64,000 nucleotides of DNA from an uncultured Ruminococcus sp. Its GTDB lineage: Bacteria; Bacillota; Clostridia; Oscillospirales; Ruminococcaceae. The notes under the pieces are model-generated. The model ran no database searches. It had not been told where the DNA came from and saw only the letters and a list, made by a program, of their open reading frames with translations. Shown here piece after piece: positions 37,333 to 45,506 of this stretch. The stretch is taken from assembly GCA_902786975.1 (NCBI GenBank), contig CADAES010000017.1, positions 7,998 through 71,997 of the forward strand. The letters run 5' to 3'. The position numbers were made by a program, and so were the translations under genes. Each line of letters opens with the position of its first letter. Within the stretch, counting starts at the first letter, position 1.

Positions 37333-37902
37333 ATGCCAGAATTCAATGTAAGCAGACCACAGCAGGATCTTACCAAGATCGACAACTCAATGCTCATAAA
37401 CGCTATCGCCGAAATGAGGAAGGAATATACCGACGCATCAAGAGACAACGTTGTAAACGCTGTTGTTTTCGATGCTACCTTCTTTATTCCCGCTATATTC
37501 GACAAATCCACCGAGCTTGTCCAGAACGACAATCAGAGGCTTGAATTCACCGAGCGCCCCAAGGCTCAGTTCGTACTTATCGAAAATCCCAAGGGCGAAA
37601 AGTATATCCCCGCTTTCACCTCGACCGAGCTTCTCACTGCGTTCAGAAACCAACAGCCCGAAGCCGCACAGAACGCACAGTCGTTCGTGATGACCTTTGC
37701 AGACCTCGCAGGCGTTACAGAGTCGTTCGGCTTTATCGAGGGCTTCGTTATCAATCCGTTTGACGAAAACCTGCCGTTCACAAAGGACTTTATCCTTGCT
37801 ATCAAGCAAAATATCCAGGAGCAGATGGCAAAGATGCAGCAGGCTCAGCAGGACAGCGAAGACGCTGCCCCCGATATCACTATGAGCACAAATAAGAGCT
37901 GA
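37333..37902 (+). CDS. hypothetical protein, SseB-like
   Basis: 189 aa. The family call rests on weak resemblance only. Begins 4 nt after the GT2 stop. Confidence 0.45.
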   Translation: MPEFNVSRPQQDLTKIDNSMLINAIAEMRKEYTDASRDNVVNAVVFDATFFIPAIFDKSTELVQNDNQRLEFTERPKAQFVLIENPKGEKYIPAFTSTELLTAFRNQQPEAAQNAQSFVMTFADLAGVTESFGFIEGFVINPFDENLPFTKDFILAIKQNIQEQMAKMQQAQQDSEDAAPDITMSTNKS

Positions 37903-37948
37903 TACGGTTTTCCCGCAGCGGACAGCAAACGTGGCCTTAAAAATCTCG

Positions 37949-37977
37949 TTGACAAACGGAGCATACTGTGTTATACT
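37949..37977 (+). promoter_or_regulatory. sigma-A type promoter
   Basis: TTGACA, 17-nt spacer, TGtTATACT. Confidence 0.55.
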
Positions 37978-38042
37978 AATATTTGTATAGGAGTAGCCTT
38001 CCGTGTTGCTTATGCGTTTATCAAAAAGGAGACAGATAGCTT

Positions 38043-38729
38043 ATGGCTGATCAGAAAGAACTCGACAGAATGAATCGTGTCGCTGAGTATATCAACAGAT
38101 ACTACGAGTTCGATGATGCTGTTGAGATAAACAAGCAGAATAAGGAGTATCTTAAAACATATATACACGACCCCGATTACGTCGAAAAGAATTTTGATAT
38201 GAAAAGCAAGGTAATGCGTGACCTCTGTTTTGCCTTTGGTGCGGGCGTTGTCGCATTTGCAGTTGCCTTGTTGTTCATGAAGCTCATCATAGCCGCGATA
38301 ATCGGCGTTGCTGTGCTTATTATCTGTGTCGTTGCCGTAGTTATGATAAACAAATCCAAGCTCAATGCTGCACAGCAGGAGCAGCTGGAGGTCAACAGCG
38401 GCATCAAGGAACAGATGCAGGTCTGCGATACCAGAGCAAAGCAGATAGAGAAGCAGCGTGCGGATTATAAAAAGGGTCTTGAAAAAAGGCTTGACTTTAT
38501 GTCATTTGATTATATTGGAAGCATAGATACGCTCAAGGGCTACCTTGAAAACGGCGAAGCCGAGACCTGTGAGGAAGCAGTTGAGCTGCTGGAACAGAAT
38601 ATGCTGATGAAGAAAATGAGCGACCTTATGACAAAAAGCAGCAGAAAGCCGCTGGATATGGACTTCAAACAGCAGAAAGAAAAGTTCGGCGACCCGCTTG
38701 CCCTAATCAAAAAGAAAAAGAAAAAATAA
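38043..38729 (+). CDS. hypothetical membrane protein
   Basis: 228 aa with two central TM helices, coiled-coil-like flanks and a Lys-rich tail. AAAGGAG SD. Confidence 0.6.
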   Translation: MADQKELDRMNRVAEYINRYYEFDDAVEINKQNKEYLKTYIHDPDYVEKNFDMKSKVMRDLCFAFGAGVVAFAVALLFMKLIIAAIIGVAVLIICVVAVVMINKSKLNAAQQEQLEVNSGIKEQMQVCDTRAKQIEKQRADYKKGLEKRLDFMSFDYIGSIDTLKGYLENGEAETCEEAVELLEQNMLMKKMSDLMTKSSRKPLDMDFKQQKEKFGDPLALIKKKKKK

Positions 38730-38735
38730 ATGTCA

Positions 38736-38771
38736 AAAGCCTTGGAATCTCTTCCAAGGCTTTGTTGTTAT
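38736..38771 (+). terminator. intrinsic terminator
   Basis: 12-bp stem aaagccttggaa/ttccaaggcttt followed by a T-rich tail. Confidence 0.7.
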
Positions 38772-39346
38772 TATAAATCAGAATTTGCCGCCGCTGCGGC
38801 GCGCAATTCCCTCGCCCACAGCTTTGCGAGAGTTGTGGCTTTGTCTGGCTCGGGGCTGAATTATTTTAGTTCTATAAATCAGAGATTAAACTATTATTAT
38901 CAAATTAATAGTTGTGCACCCGAAGGGGTATGGGGGCGATCGGAAAGCCCCCTAAAGAGTATAATAATAAATAAGTTCAGGTTAAACGCTCGAACGTCAA
39001 GCCATAATGGCTTGAGGAAAAAGAGTTCTATGTTTTGAAATTCACCCCTTGCGGAGCGCACAACGTATGGGGATTCCGCTGACTGCGGTCAGCGGCGAGG
39101 GCTCTGCCTCTCGCCAAACTGTCCGTAGGACAGTTTACACCATTTTTTTACGAGAAATAAGGCAGAGAATGGCTTTGCCATTCTCTTAAGTAACCGTGGT
39201 AACGGTTACTTTGGGACAAGAAAAAACCTGTTATTATTAAACCATACTCACCAAATGAAAGCCCGGAGCGACACAAAGGCAGCTGTCATCTCATACTGAT
39301 ATGCGACGGACAAGCGCGCCGCCGCGGCGGCAAATTCTGATTTATA
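38772..39346. mobile_element. MITE-like non-autonomous element with 33-bp terminal inverted repeats
   Basis: 38772-38804 (tataaatcagaatttgccgccgctgcggcgcgc) matches the reverse complement of 39314-39346 at 32/33. The interior is non-coding and full of perfect hairpins. Confidence 0.6.
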
Positions 39347-39365
39347 GCATAGCAAAGGAGAAATT

Positions 39366-39806
39366 ATGAAACACGTTGATATATTCACAGACGGCGCCTG
39401 CTCGGGAAATCCCGGTCCGGGCGGCTACGGTATAATAATGAAGTATAAGGAAACGGTCAAGGAGCTTTCGGGCGGTGCGGCGCAGACGACCAACAACCGT
39501 ATGGAGATGACTGCGGTGATAACTGCGCTTGAAACGCTCAAAGAGCCTTGCGAGGTAACGCTTTACAGTGACTCGAAATACGTTATCGACTCGGTGACTA
39601 AGGGCTGGGTATACAACTGGGAGAAAAAGAACTGGAAAAGAGGCAGCGAGCCTGTCCCGAACACGGAACTGTGGAAGCAGCTGCTGTCGCTTCTTGGCAA
39701 GCACAAGGTCGAGTTCGTGTGGGTCAAGGGTCACGCAGGGCACCCCGAGAACGAGCGCTGTGACGAGCTGGCTGTCGAACAGTCGCAAAAATACAAAAAC
39801 GCCTAA
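39366..39806 (+). CDS. rnhA: ribonuclease HI
   Basis: DGACSGNPGPGGYG...TNNRMEM...DS...HAGHPENERCDELA catalytic DEDD pattern. Confidence 0.93.
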   Translation: MKHVDIFTDGACSGNPGPGGYGIIMKYKETVKELSGGAAQTTNNRMEMTAVITALETLKEPCEVTLYSDSKYVIDSVTKGWVYNWEKKNWKRGSEPVPNTELWKQLLSLLGKHKVEFVWVKGHAGHPENERCDELAVEQSQKYKNA

Positions 39807-39823
39807 AACACGGAGGGCAAGCT

Positions 39824-40900
39824 ATGGAAAATAAAAAAAGAGTGCTCGTTGCGATGTCTGGAGGCGTGGACAGCTCGGTCTGTGCCAAGCTTCTGCTTGA
39901 CATGGGCTACGATGTCACGGGGGCAACGATGCACCTTTACGCTAACGAGGATATCGGGATCGAGCGCACAAAGACCTGCTGTTCGCTTGACGATGTTGAG
40001 GACGCACGTGAGGTCGCTTACAAGCTGGGTATCCCCTTTCACGTTTTCAACCTTGCGGACAGCTTCAAGGCGAATGTTATGGACAAGTTTGTCAGCACAT
40101 ATCTTGACGGCGGCACACCAAATCCGTGCATAGACTGCAACAGGTATCTGAAGTTCGGCGACTTTCTCAAAAGGGCGGAAATACTGGGTTTTGACTACGT
40201 TGCGACGGGTCATTACGTTACAAAAGTCAAGGACGAAAAAACAGGGCGCTGGCTTTTAAAGCGTTCGGCGGACAGGAAAAAGGACCAGACCTATGTGCTT
40301 TACTCGCTGACGCAGGAGCAGCTGGAGCACAGCCTGTTCCCTGTAGGCGAAATGAACAAGGACGAGATAAGGGCAATAGCCGAGAACAACGGTCTTGTCA
40401 ATGCAGGAAAGCCCGATTCACAGGACATCTGCTTTATCCCCGACGGCGACTATGCGTCATTTATCACGAGCAAGGCCGGGCAGCAGCCAAGCGGTGACAT
40501 CGTTCTGACGACGGGAGAAAAGCTCGGCACGCACAAGGGGCTGATACACTACACTATCGGGCAGAGGCGTGGCGTCGGCGTGTCCTACACCGAACCTGTT
40601 TTCGTGGTGGAAAAGGACATACAGGGCAACAGGCTGATCCTCGGAACGCCCGACAAGCTGCTTCGCACAACACTTATGGCAAGCGATGTGAATATGCTTA
40701 CGACCGACGAGCTTAACAGTCCAATTAAATGTACAGCTTGTACAAGGTATCATCAGCAGGATATGCCCTGCACGGTGACACCTATAGGCGAAAGGCGTGT
40801 AAGAGTGGACTTTGAACAGCCGCACAAGGCGATATGCAAGGGACAGGCTGTTGTATTCTACGACGGAGACTATCTTATCGGCGGCGGAACAATAGAATAA
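39824..40900 (+). CDS. mnmA: tRNA 2-thiouridine(34) synthase MnmA
   Basis: PP-loop AMSGGVDSSV and conserved Cys residues. Confidence 0.96.
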   Translation: MENKKRVLVAMSGGVDSSVCAKLLLDMGYDVTGATMHLYANEDIGIERTKTCCSLDDVEDAREVAYKLGIPFHVFNLADSFKANVMDKFVSTYLDGGTPNPCIDCNRYLKFGDFLKRAEILGFDYVATGHYVTKVKDEKTGRWLLKRSADRKKDQTYVLYSLTQEQLEHSLFPVGEMNKDEIRAIAENNGLVNAGKPDSQDICFIPDGDYASFITSKAGQQPSGDIVLTTGEKLGTHKGLIHYTIGQRRGVGVSYTEPVFVVEKDIQGNRLILGTPDKLLRTTLMASDVNMLTTDELNSPIKCTACTRYHQQDMPCTVTPIGERRVRVDFEQPHKAICKGQAVVFYDGDYLIGGGTIE

Positions 40901-40907
40901 TAAGAGT

Positions 40908-40945
40908 AAAAAAAAACGGACTTGAAAATATCAAGCCCGTTTTTA
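40908..40945. terminator. bidirectional intrinsic terminator
   Basis: acggacttga/tcaagcccgt stem with an A-run on the left and a T-run on the right. Confidence 0.7.
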
Positions 40946-40962
40946 TTGATGTTTAAAATACC

Positions 40963-41682
40963 TTACCTGATGTCAAGCGAATCAAAGATGTAAAGATAAT
41001 CCTTGGGGTCGGTGCTGAACGCAGTACCCTTATTCTGATTATACCACTCTTTAAATTTCTTTTCTGCGTCCTGCTCGCTCAGACTCATATCACCCTGCAG
41101 TTCGTCGATGTATCTCGCTCCTATTGCGACGCTCAGGACTGCATAATAATCCTTTTCAAGAGGCAGCACCGTAAAGAACGAACGGACATCGTTGCTGTCT
41201 CCGTTCTTGAACAGATTTACCTGATACTTTGCTTTCTTTCCCGAATGATCCAATGTTCCCGTTTTGAACGCCGCATTATCCTGCTCCTCGCTTCCGAGAA
41301 AGTCTGAGATCTCATCTGCGGTGACGATCTCCATAAAACAAGTATAATAATCGGTCGCAAAAGAACAGCTTGTCCTTGCTTTACCGCCTATCTTTCCTTT
41401 TTTGGTGAACTCCCACTGCGGTGCATTATCGACATCATTGACGCTTATATAATACTTTCCGCAGATTATGCTGTTCTGCGGTGCAGAGGGCGGTTCGTCC
41501 TCTTCAGCCTGCGATGACGTTACGGATAAGGTGCCCGTATCAGCGCTCACGGCTGTTGTAGTTGTTTCGTTTTGCGATGATGATCCGCTGTCGCTGTCAG
41601 ATGATGACTTATCTGCGCAGGCGGTCACTGAAAGCGCTATCGTCAGCGCAAGCAGCGCACTTATAAGCTTCCTTTTAGTCAT
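40963..41682 (-). CDS. hypothetical lipoprotein
   Basis: Lipobox LSVTAC followed by a Ser/Asp-rich linker, 239 aa. Confidence 0.65.
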   Translation of the reverse strand: MTKRKLISALLALTIALSVTACADKSSSDSDSGSSSQNETTTTAVSADTGTLSVTSSQAEEDEPPSAPQNSIICGKYYISVNDVDNAPQWEFTKKGKIGGKARTSCSFATDYYTCFMEIVTADEISDFLGSEEQDNAAFKTGTLDHSGKKAKYQVNLFKNGDSNDVRSFFTVLPLEKDYYAVLSVAIGARYIDELQGDMSLSEQDAEKKFKEWYNQNKGTAFSTDPKDYLYIFDSLDIR

Positions 41683-41776
41683 TATCTCTCCTCCTCGTTA
41701 TGTACAGCATAGCACTAATTCTTGGATATGTCAACAAAAAAAGGCTCGGATACGCTCCAAGCCTTTTGGTGTTTAA

Positions 41777-42385
41777 TTAGTCCATTGCGTTTTTGATAGC
41801 CTCGTAAAGCTCGTCGTACTCCTCATACGCAGGGATATCGGGGTTATCGGCCTTGATGTTGTCGGGGCTCTTGAACAGGAAGCCTGCTTTGCTTGCCTTT
41901 ATCATTCCGAGGTCGTTATGGCTGTCGCCCGAAGCGATAGTTTCAAATCCGATCGACTGAAGCGCCTTGACGGTGGTGTACTTAGACTTCTCGACTCTCA
42001 TCTTATAGCCTGTGATCTCGCCGTTCTCCCCTACCTCAAGGGTATTGCAGAAGATAGTCGGCATACCGAGCTTCTTCATCAGCGGCTTTGCGAACTGTGT
42101 GAAGGTATCGCTTATGATAATGACCTGTGAAAGATCTCTGAGCTTGTCAAGGAACTCCTTAGCGCCCGGCATAGGATCTATCTTTGCGATAGTTTCCTGT
42201 ATCTCCTTCAGGCCGAGGTTATGCTCCTTGAGTATGGCAAGGCGGTACTTCATCAGCTTGTCATAATCAGGCTCGTCACGAGTGGTCTTGCGAAGCTCTG
42301 GGATACCGCTTGCTTCGGCAAAAGCGATCCAGATCTCCGGAACGAGAACACCCTCAAGGTCAAGACATGTGATATACATTGACAT
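41777..42385 (-). CDS. thrH: HAD phosphoserine phosphatase / homoserine phosphotransferase (ThrH-like)
   Basis: CLDLEGVLVPEIWIAFAE N-terminus and SGDSHND motif, recalled as close to Pseudomonas ThrH. Start moved to MSMYITC. Confidence 0.8.
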   Translation of the reverse strand: MSMYITCLDLEGVLVPEIWIAFAEASGIPELRKTTRDEPDYDKLMKYRLAILKEHNLGLKEIQETIAKIDPMPGAKEFLDKLRDLSQVIIISDTFTQFAKPLMKKLGMPTIFCNTLEVGENGEITGYKMRVEKSKYTTVKALQSIGFETIASGDSHNDLGMIKASKAGFLFKSPDNIKADNPDIPAYEEYDELYEAIKNAMD

Positions 42386-42482
42386 TTTACATTCCTCCAA
42401 ATCGGAAATTTAAGGTAAAAACTTTTCCTTACGTCTTATATGATACCACACATCTCACACTTTTTCAAGGATATTTTGTGAA

Positions 42483-43844
42483 TTATGAAACGCTCGGGTC
42501 GCAGACTGTTCCCATAAACACGGGCAGTCCTGTTTCGGTGTCCATTATAGCGTAAACGAACGGTCTGTCAAGAATGACCTGCTTAGTTTCGTCGGGTTCG
42601 ATGGCGATAGCAGCCTCTTTCATAGTAACGACGGTCGCAGCGGCAGCCTTTGTGCCCTTTGCATCAAGCTCGATATGTGTCTTGTGGATAACTTTGCTTA
42701 TTGCAGCGTTGCCCTTTTCAAACAGATTAGTAAAATCAGGATTAGAGAACGCATCACTCATACCCATATATGACAGAGTTTTACTGAGCTCGCAGTCATA
42801 ATCATAGGTGAAGCTCGGGAGCTTCGTGATCACATCTTCGCTTGTTTTGCCTGCATAAAGCTTTGCTATCTCGTCCTTAGTCATTGAGCTTACGTAGTCA
42901 GCAATGCTGTTGTCGTTGGGGAGAACTGCCATAAATGCATACTTTCCGCCCTTATAATTCTTGACAAATCCCGTTGCTCTGCCGTTCTCAACATAGTTTT
43001 TTTCTGTACTGCAAAGCATTGTACAAGAGATCCTATCACCCTTGAAATTGGTGAATTTCTGATCTTCTCTTACCTGCTTGTCAGTGTACTGCTTATCCCA
43101 CTTTGAATCAAAGGCTATACAGTTGACAAGGCACATAATCTCATCGCCGGTGAAATTCTCAAGGATCTTGGGGATCATCTTGTCGGTCTTTTCGTTCACC
43201 CAGCCGTTAAGCTTATTGAGAGTGCCGTTGTCAAAAGGCGCTCTGAACATCTCGGCGTTGAATATCTCCTTGCAGTTCTTTGCAAACTGCTGTGTGAGAA
43301 CGAGATCCTCTCTGTCCTTAACCCATACGGAATTTGCAATATTAAGCTTAGAATCCTCGGTATTGTTCTTCTGCGTGTTGGATATGAGCAGGTTCATATT
43401 CTTATTGAATCTGTCCAGCTCGACACCGCCCGCCATAACGTCCTGCATCTGCTTGAGGGTATTGCCCTTTGCGCCGTTAGCTGTCATACCAAGAGCGAAT
43501 GCCACGGACTCAGCGGAAATGAGGGTATTCTTTCCCTGTTCAAGGTCGCTTTTTACGGCATTTTTGAAAAGCTCGGCAGAAAAGCCGTTCAGACCGTTGA
43601 TAAAGTCCGCATCGGCGCTGCTGTTATCCGGTGCTTTAGCAAAGCTGTAATTTGCGGTAAGCTCGATATTATCCCCGTTTGTGCTCGGTGCATCGGGCTG
43701 ACTTGAAGGTGAATCAGATGTATCGGGCTGACTGATGATCGAATTTGGTGAAGCAGGCTCACTTGAAGATGATTCACTGCACGAACACATCATGCCCATT
43801 ACCATTGTTATAGCTATCACTGCGCTTACTATTCTTTTAAACAT
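42483..43844 (-). CDS. serpin family lipoprotein (paralog 1)
   Basis: Lipobox VMGMMCSC, serpin hinge GTKAAAAT and C-terminal DRPFVYAIMD...PVFMG. Start moved to MFKRIV. Confidence 0.9.
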   Translation of the reverse strand: MFKRIVSAVIAITMVMGMMCSCSESSSSEPASPNSIISQPDTSDSPSSQPDAPSTNGDNIELTANYSFAKAPDNSSADADFINGLNGFSAELFKNAVKSDLEQGKNTLISAESVAFALGMTANGAKGNTLKQMQDVMAGGVELDRFNKNMNLLISNTQKNNTEDSKLNIANSVWVKDREDLVLTQQFAKNCKEIFNAEMFRAPFDNGTLNKLNGWVNEKTDKMIPKILENFTGDEIMCLVNCIAFDSKWDKQYTDKQVREDQKFTNFKGDRISCTMLCSTEKNYVENGRATGFVKNYKGGKYAFMAVLPNDNSIADYVSSMTKDEIAKLYAGKTSEDVITKLPSFTYDYDCELSKTLSYMGMSDAFSNPDFTNLFEKGNAAISKVIHKTHIELDAKGTKAAAATVVTMKEAAIAIEPDETKQVILDRPFVYAIMDTETGLPVFMGTVCDPSVS

Positions 43845-43853
43845 AAAAAACAA

Positions 43854-43910
43854 CTCCTTGTGTGTATATCTGTATTGCTTAACGCTTACACAAGATATAC
43901 GGACAAGGAG
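43854..43910 (-). promoter_or_regulatory. 5' leader hairpin sequestering the serpin-1 RBS
   Basis: In mRNA sense, CTCCTTGTCCGTATATCT pairs with AGATATACACACAAGGAG, which contains the AAGGAG SD 9 nt before the ATG. Confidence 0.5.
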
Positions 43911-43932
43911 TGTCGTTTTTATTGCGGCATTT

Positions 43933-43962
43933 TGCACAAATCAAAATGAATTTTTTTGTGCA
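43933..43962. promoter_or_regulatory. operator-like inverted repeat TGCACAAA-N14-TTTGTGCA
   Basis: Perfect 8-nt arms. The same site recurs upstream of serpin 2, with a degenerate copy upstream of serpin 3. Confidence 0.45.
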
Positions 43963-43965
43963 GCT

Positions 43966-45381
43966 TTATTTAACTGTCGGGTCGCATACTGTTCCGATAA
44001 ACACGGGCAGTCCCGACTCAGTATCCATTATCGCAAACAGGAACGGTCTGTCGAGAATGACTTTCTTGAAATCCTCTTGTACCGAGACAGCGTTGGTCCT
44101 CATCGTAACAGCGGTAGCTGCGGCTGCCTTGGTGCCCTTTGCATCAAGCTCGATGTGTGTCTTGTGGATAACTCTGTTGACAGCTACACTTGTGTTCTCA
44201 AACATCTTCGAGAAATCCGCATTGTTGGTGAACGCTTCCTTCATACCCATAGCAGCAAGGGTATCTCCCATTTCGGCACTGTAATCAAACGTAAACTCAG
44301 GGAGCTTTGTGACAACATTGCAGCCGCAGTTTCTGTTCTGATAAAGTGTGGTTATCTCGTCCCCTGACATCGAAGCAACATAATTGCCTATGTCCGTACC
44401 CTCGTTGGGGAGCACTGCCATAAAGGCATATTTTCCGCCCTTATAGTTCTTTACAAAGCCTGTTGCCCTGCCGTTCTCAACATAGATATCCTCTTTGCGT
44501 CCGAGCATTGTACACTTTACCTGCTGACCCTTAGCGTTGGTAAAGGTCTGGTCTTTCTGCTCCTGCTTTTCTGTATACTCCTCTTCCCACTTGGAATCGA
44601 AAGCGACACAATTCACAAGGCACATAACTTCGGTGCCTGTAAATCTGTCGATGATCTTTGGTATCATCTTGTCGGTCTTATCGTTCACCCAGCCGTTGAG
44701 AGCTTCAACTGTCTTATTGTCAAAAGGCGCTCTGAACATCTCGGCGTTGTAAAGCTCCTTGCAGTTCTTAACAAACTGCTGATTGAGCGTAAGACCCTCT
44801 TTGTCCCTTACCCATACGGAATTGGCAATGCTGAGCTTGGAATCGGCGGTGTTGCTGTTGTGAGCCTTTGAGATGAGAAGGTTCATATTGCTGTTGAACT
44901 TGTCGATATCAACGCCCTTGCACAAAACGTCCTGCATCTGCCTGAGGGTACTGCCGTTTGCGCCGTTGGCTGTCATTCCCATAGCGAAGGCTACCGACTC
45001 GGGCGAAACAAGGGTATTGCTGCCGCCGTTTGTGAGGTCGTTCTTTACCGTTTTTTTGAAAAGCTCGACAGAAAAGCCGCTGAGCCCCTTTACAAAGTCA
45101 GCATCTATCTGCTGTTCGGTTTTTGTTTTGCCGAACGAATAATTTGCTGTAAGCTCGACTGTTTCTCTGCCGCTTTCAGCAGGCGGCTCAACAGGCTCGG
45201 TCTTTGTTTCTGCGGGTTTGCTCTGTGTAACATCCGGCTCGCTCGGTGTTACATCGGGATCTTTCTGCGAAGCGGTCGTGATGCTCGGCTCAGCCGACTG
45301 TGACGACGCCTGCTCACTGCAGGAGCACATTCCCATCACCAGTGTTATTGATATTACTGCACTAAGTATTTTCTTGAACAT
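43966..45381 (-). CDS. serpin family lipoprotein (paralog 2)
   Basis: Lipobox VMGMCSC, hinge GTKAAAAT, DRPFLFAIMD. Start at the ATG (MFKKIL); the track start is GTG. Confidence 0.9.
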   Translation of the reverse strand: MFKKILSAVISITLVMGMCSCSEQASSQSAEPSITTASQKDPDVTPSEPDVTQSKPAETKTEPVEPPAESGRETVELTANYSFGKTKTEQQIDADFVKGLSGFSVELFKKTVKNDLTNGGSNTLVSPESVAFAMGMTANGANGSTLRQMQDVLCKGVDIDKFNSNMNLLISKAHNSNTADSKLSIANSVWVRDKEGLTLNQQFVKNCKELYNAEMFRAPFDNKTVEALNGWVNDKTDKMIPKIIDRFTGTEVMCLVNCVAFDSKWEEEYTEKQEQKDQTFTNAKGQQVKCTMLGRKEDIYVENGRATGFVKNYKGGKYAFMAVLPNEGTDIGNYVASMSGDEITTLYQNRNCGCNVVTKLPEFTFDYSAEMGDTLAAMGMKEAFTNNADFSKMFENTSVAVNRVIHKTHIELDAKGTKAAAATAVTMRTNAVSVQEDFKKVILDRPFLFAIMDTESGLPVFIGTVCDPTVK

Positions 45382-45389
45382 AAAAAACA

Positions 45390-45440
45390 CTCCTTATCAG
45401 CGTTGTAATGTTTGCTTACAACAGATATACGGATAAGGAG
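45390..45440 (-). promoter_or_regulatory. 5' leader hairpin sequestering the serpin-2 RBS
   Basis: CTCCTTATC pairs with GATAAGGAG (the SD). There is a nested GTTGTAA/TTACAAC hairpin. Confidence 0.5.
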
Positions 45441-45462
45441 CGTATTATTTATTGTGTCATTT

Positions 45463-45491
45463 TGCACAAATTTCAAAAATAATTTTGTGCA
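45463..45491. promoter_or_regulatory. operator-like inverted repeat TGCACAAA-N13-TTTGTGCA
   Basis: Perfect 8-nt arms in the same relative position as 43933-43962. Confidence 0.45.
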
Positions 45492-45506
45492 TTTTGTCGC
45501 TATTTG

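Noticed and set aside
38730-39038. 102-aa ORF immediately after the 38043-38729 gene
   Set aside because: It starts inside the terminator hairpin, has no RBS, runs through the TIR and palindromes of the MITE-like element, and has low-complexity composition.
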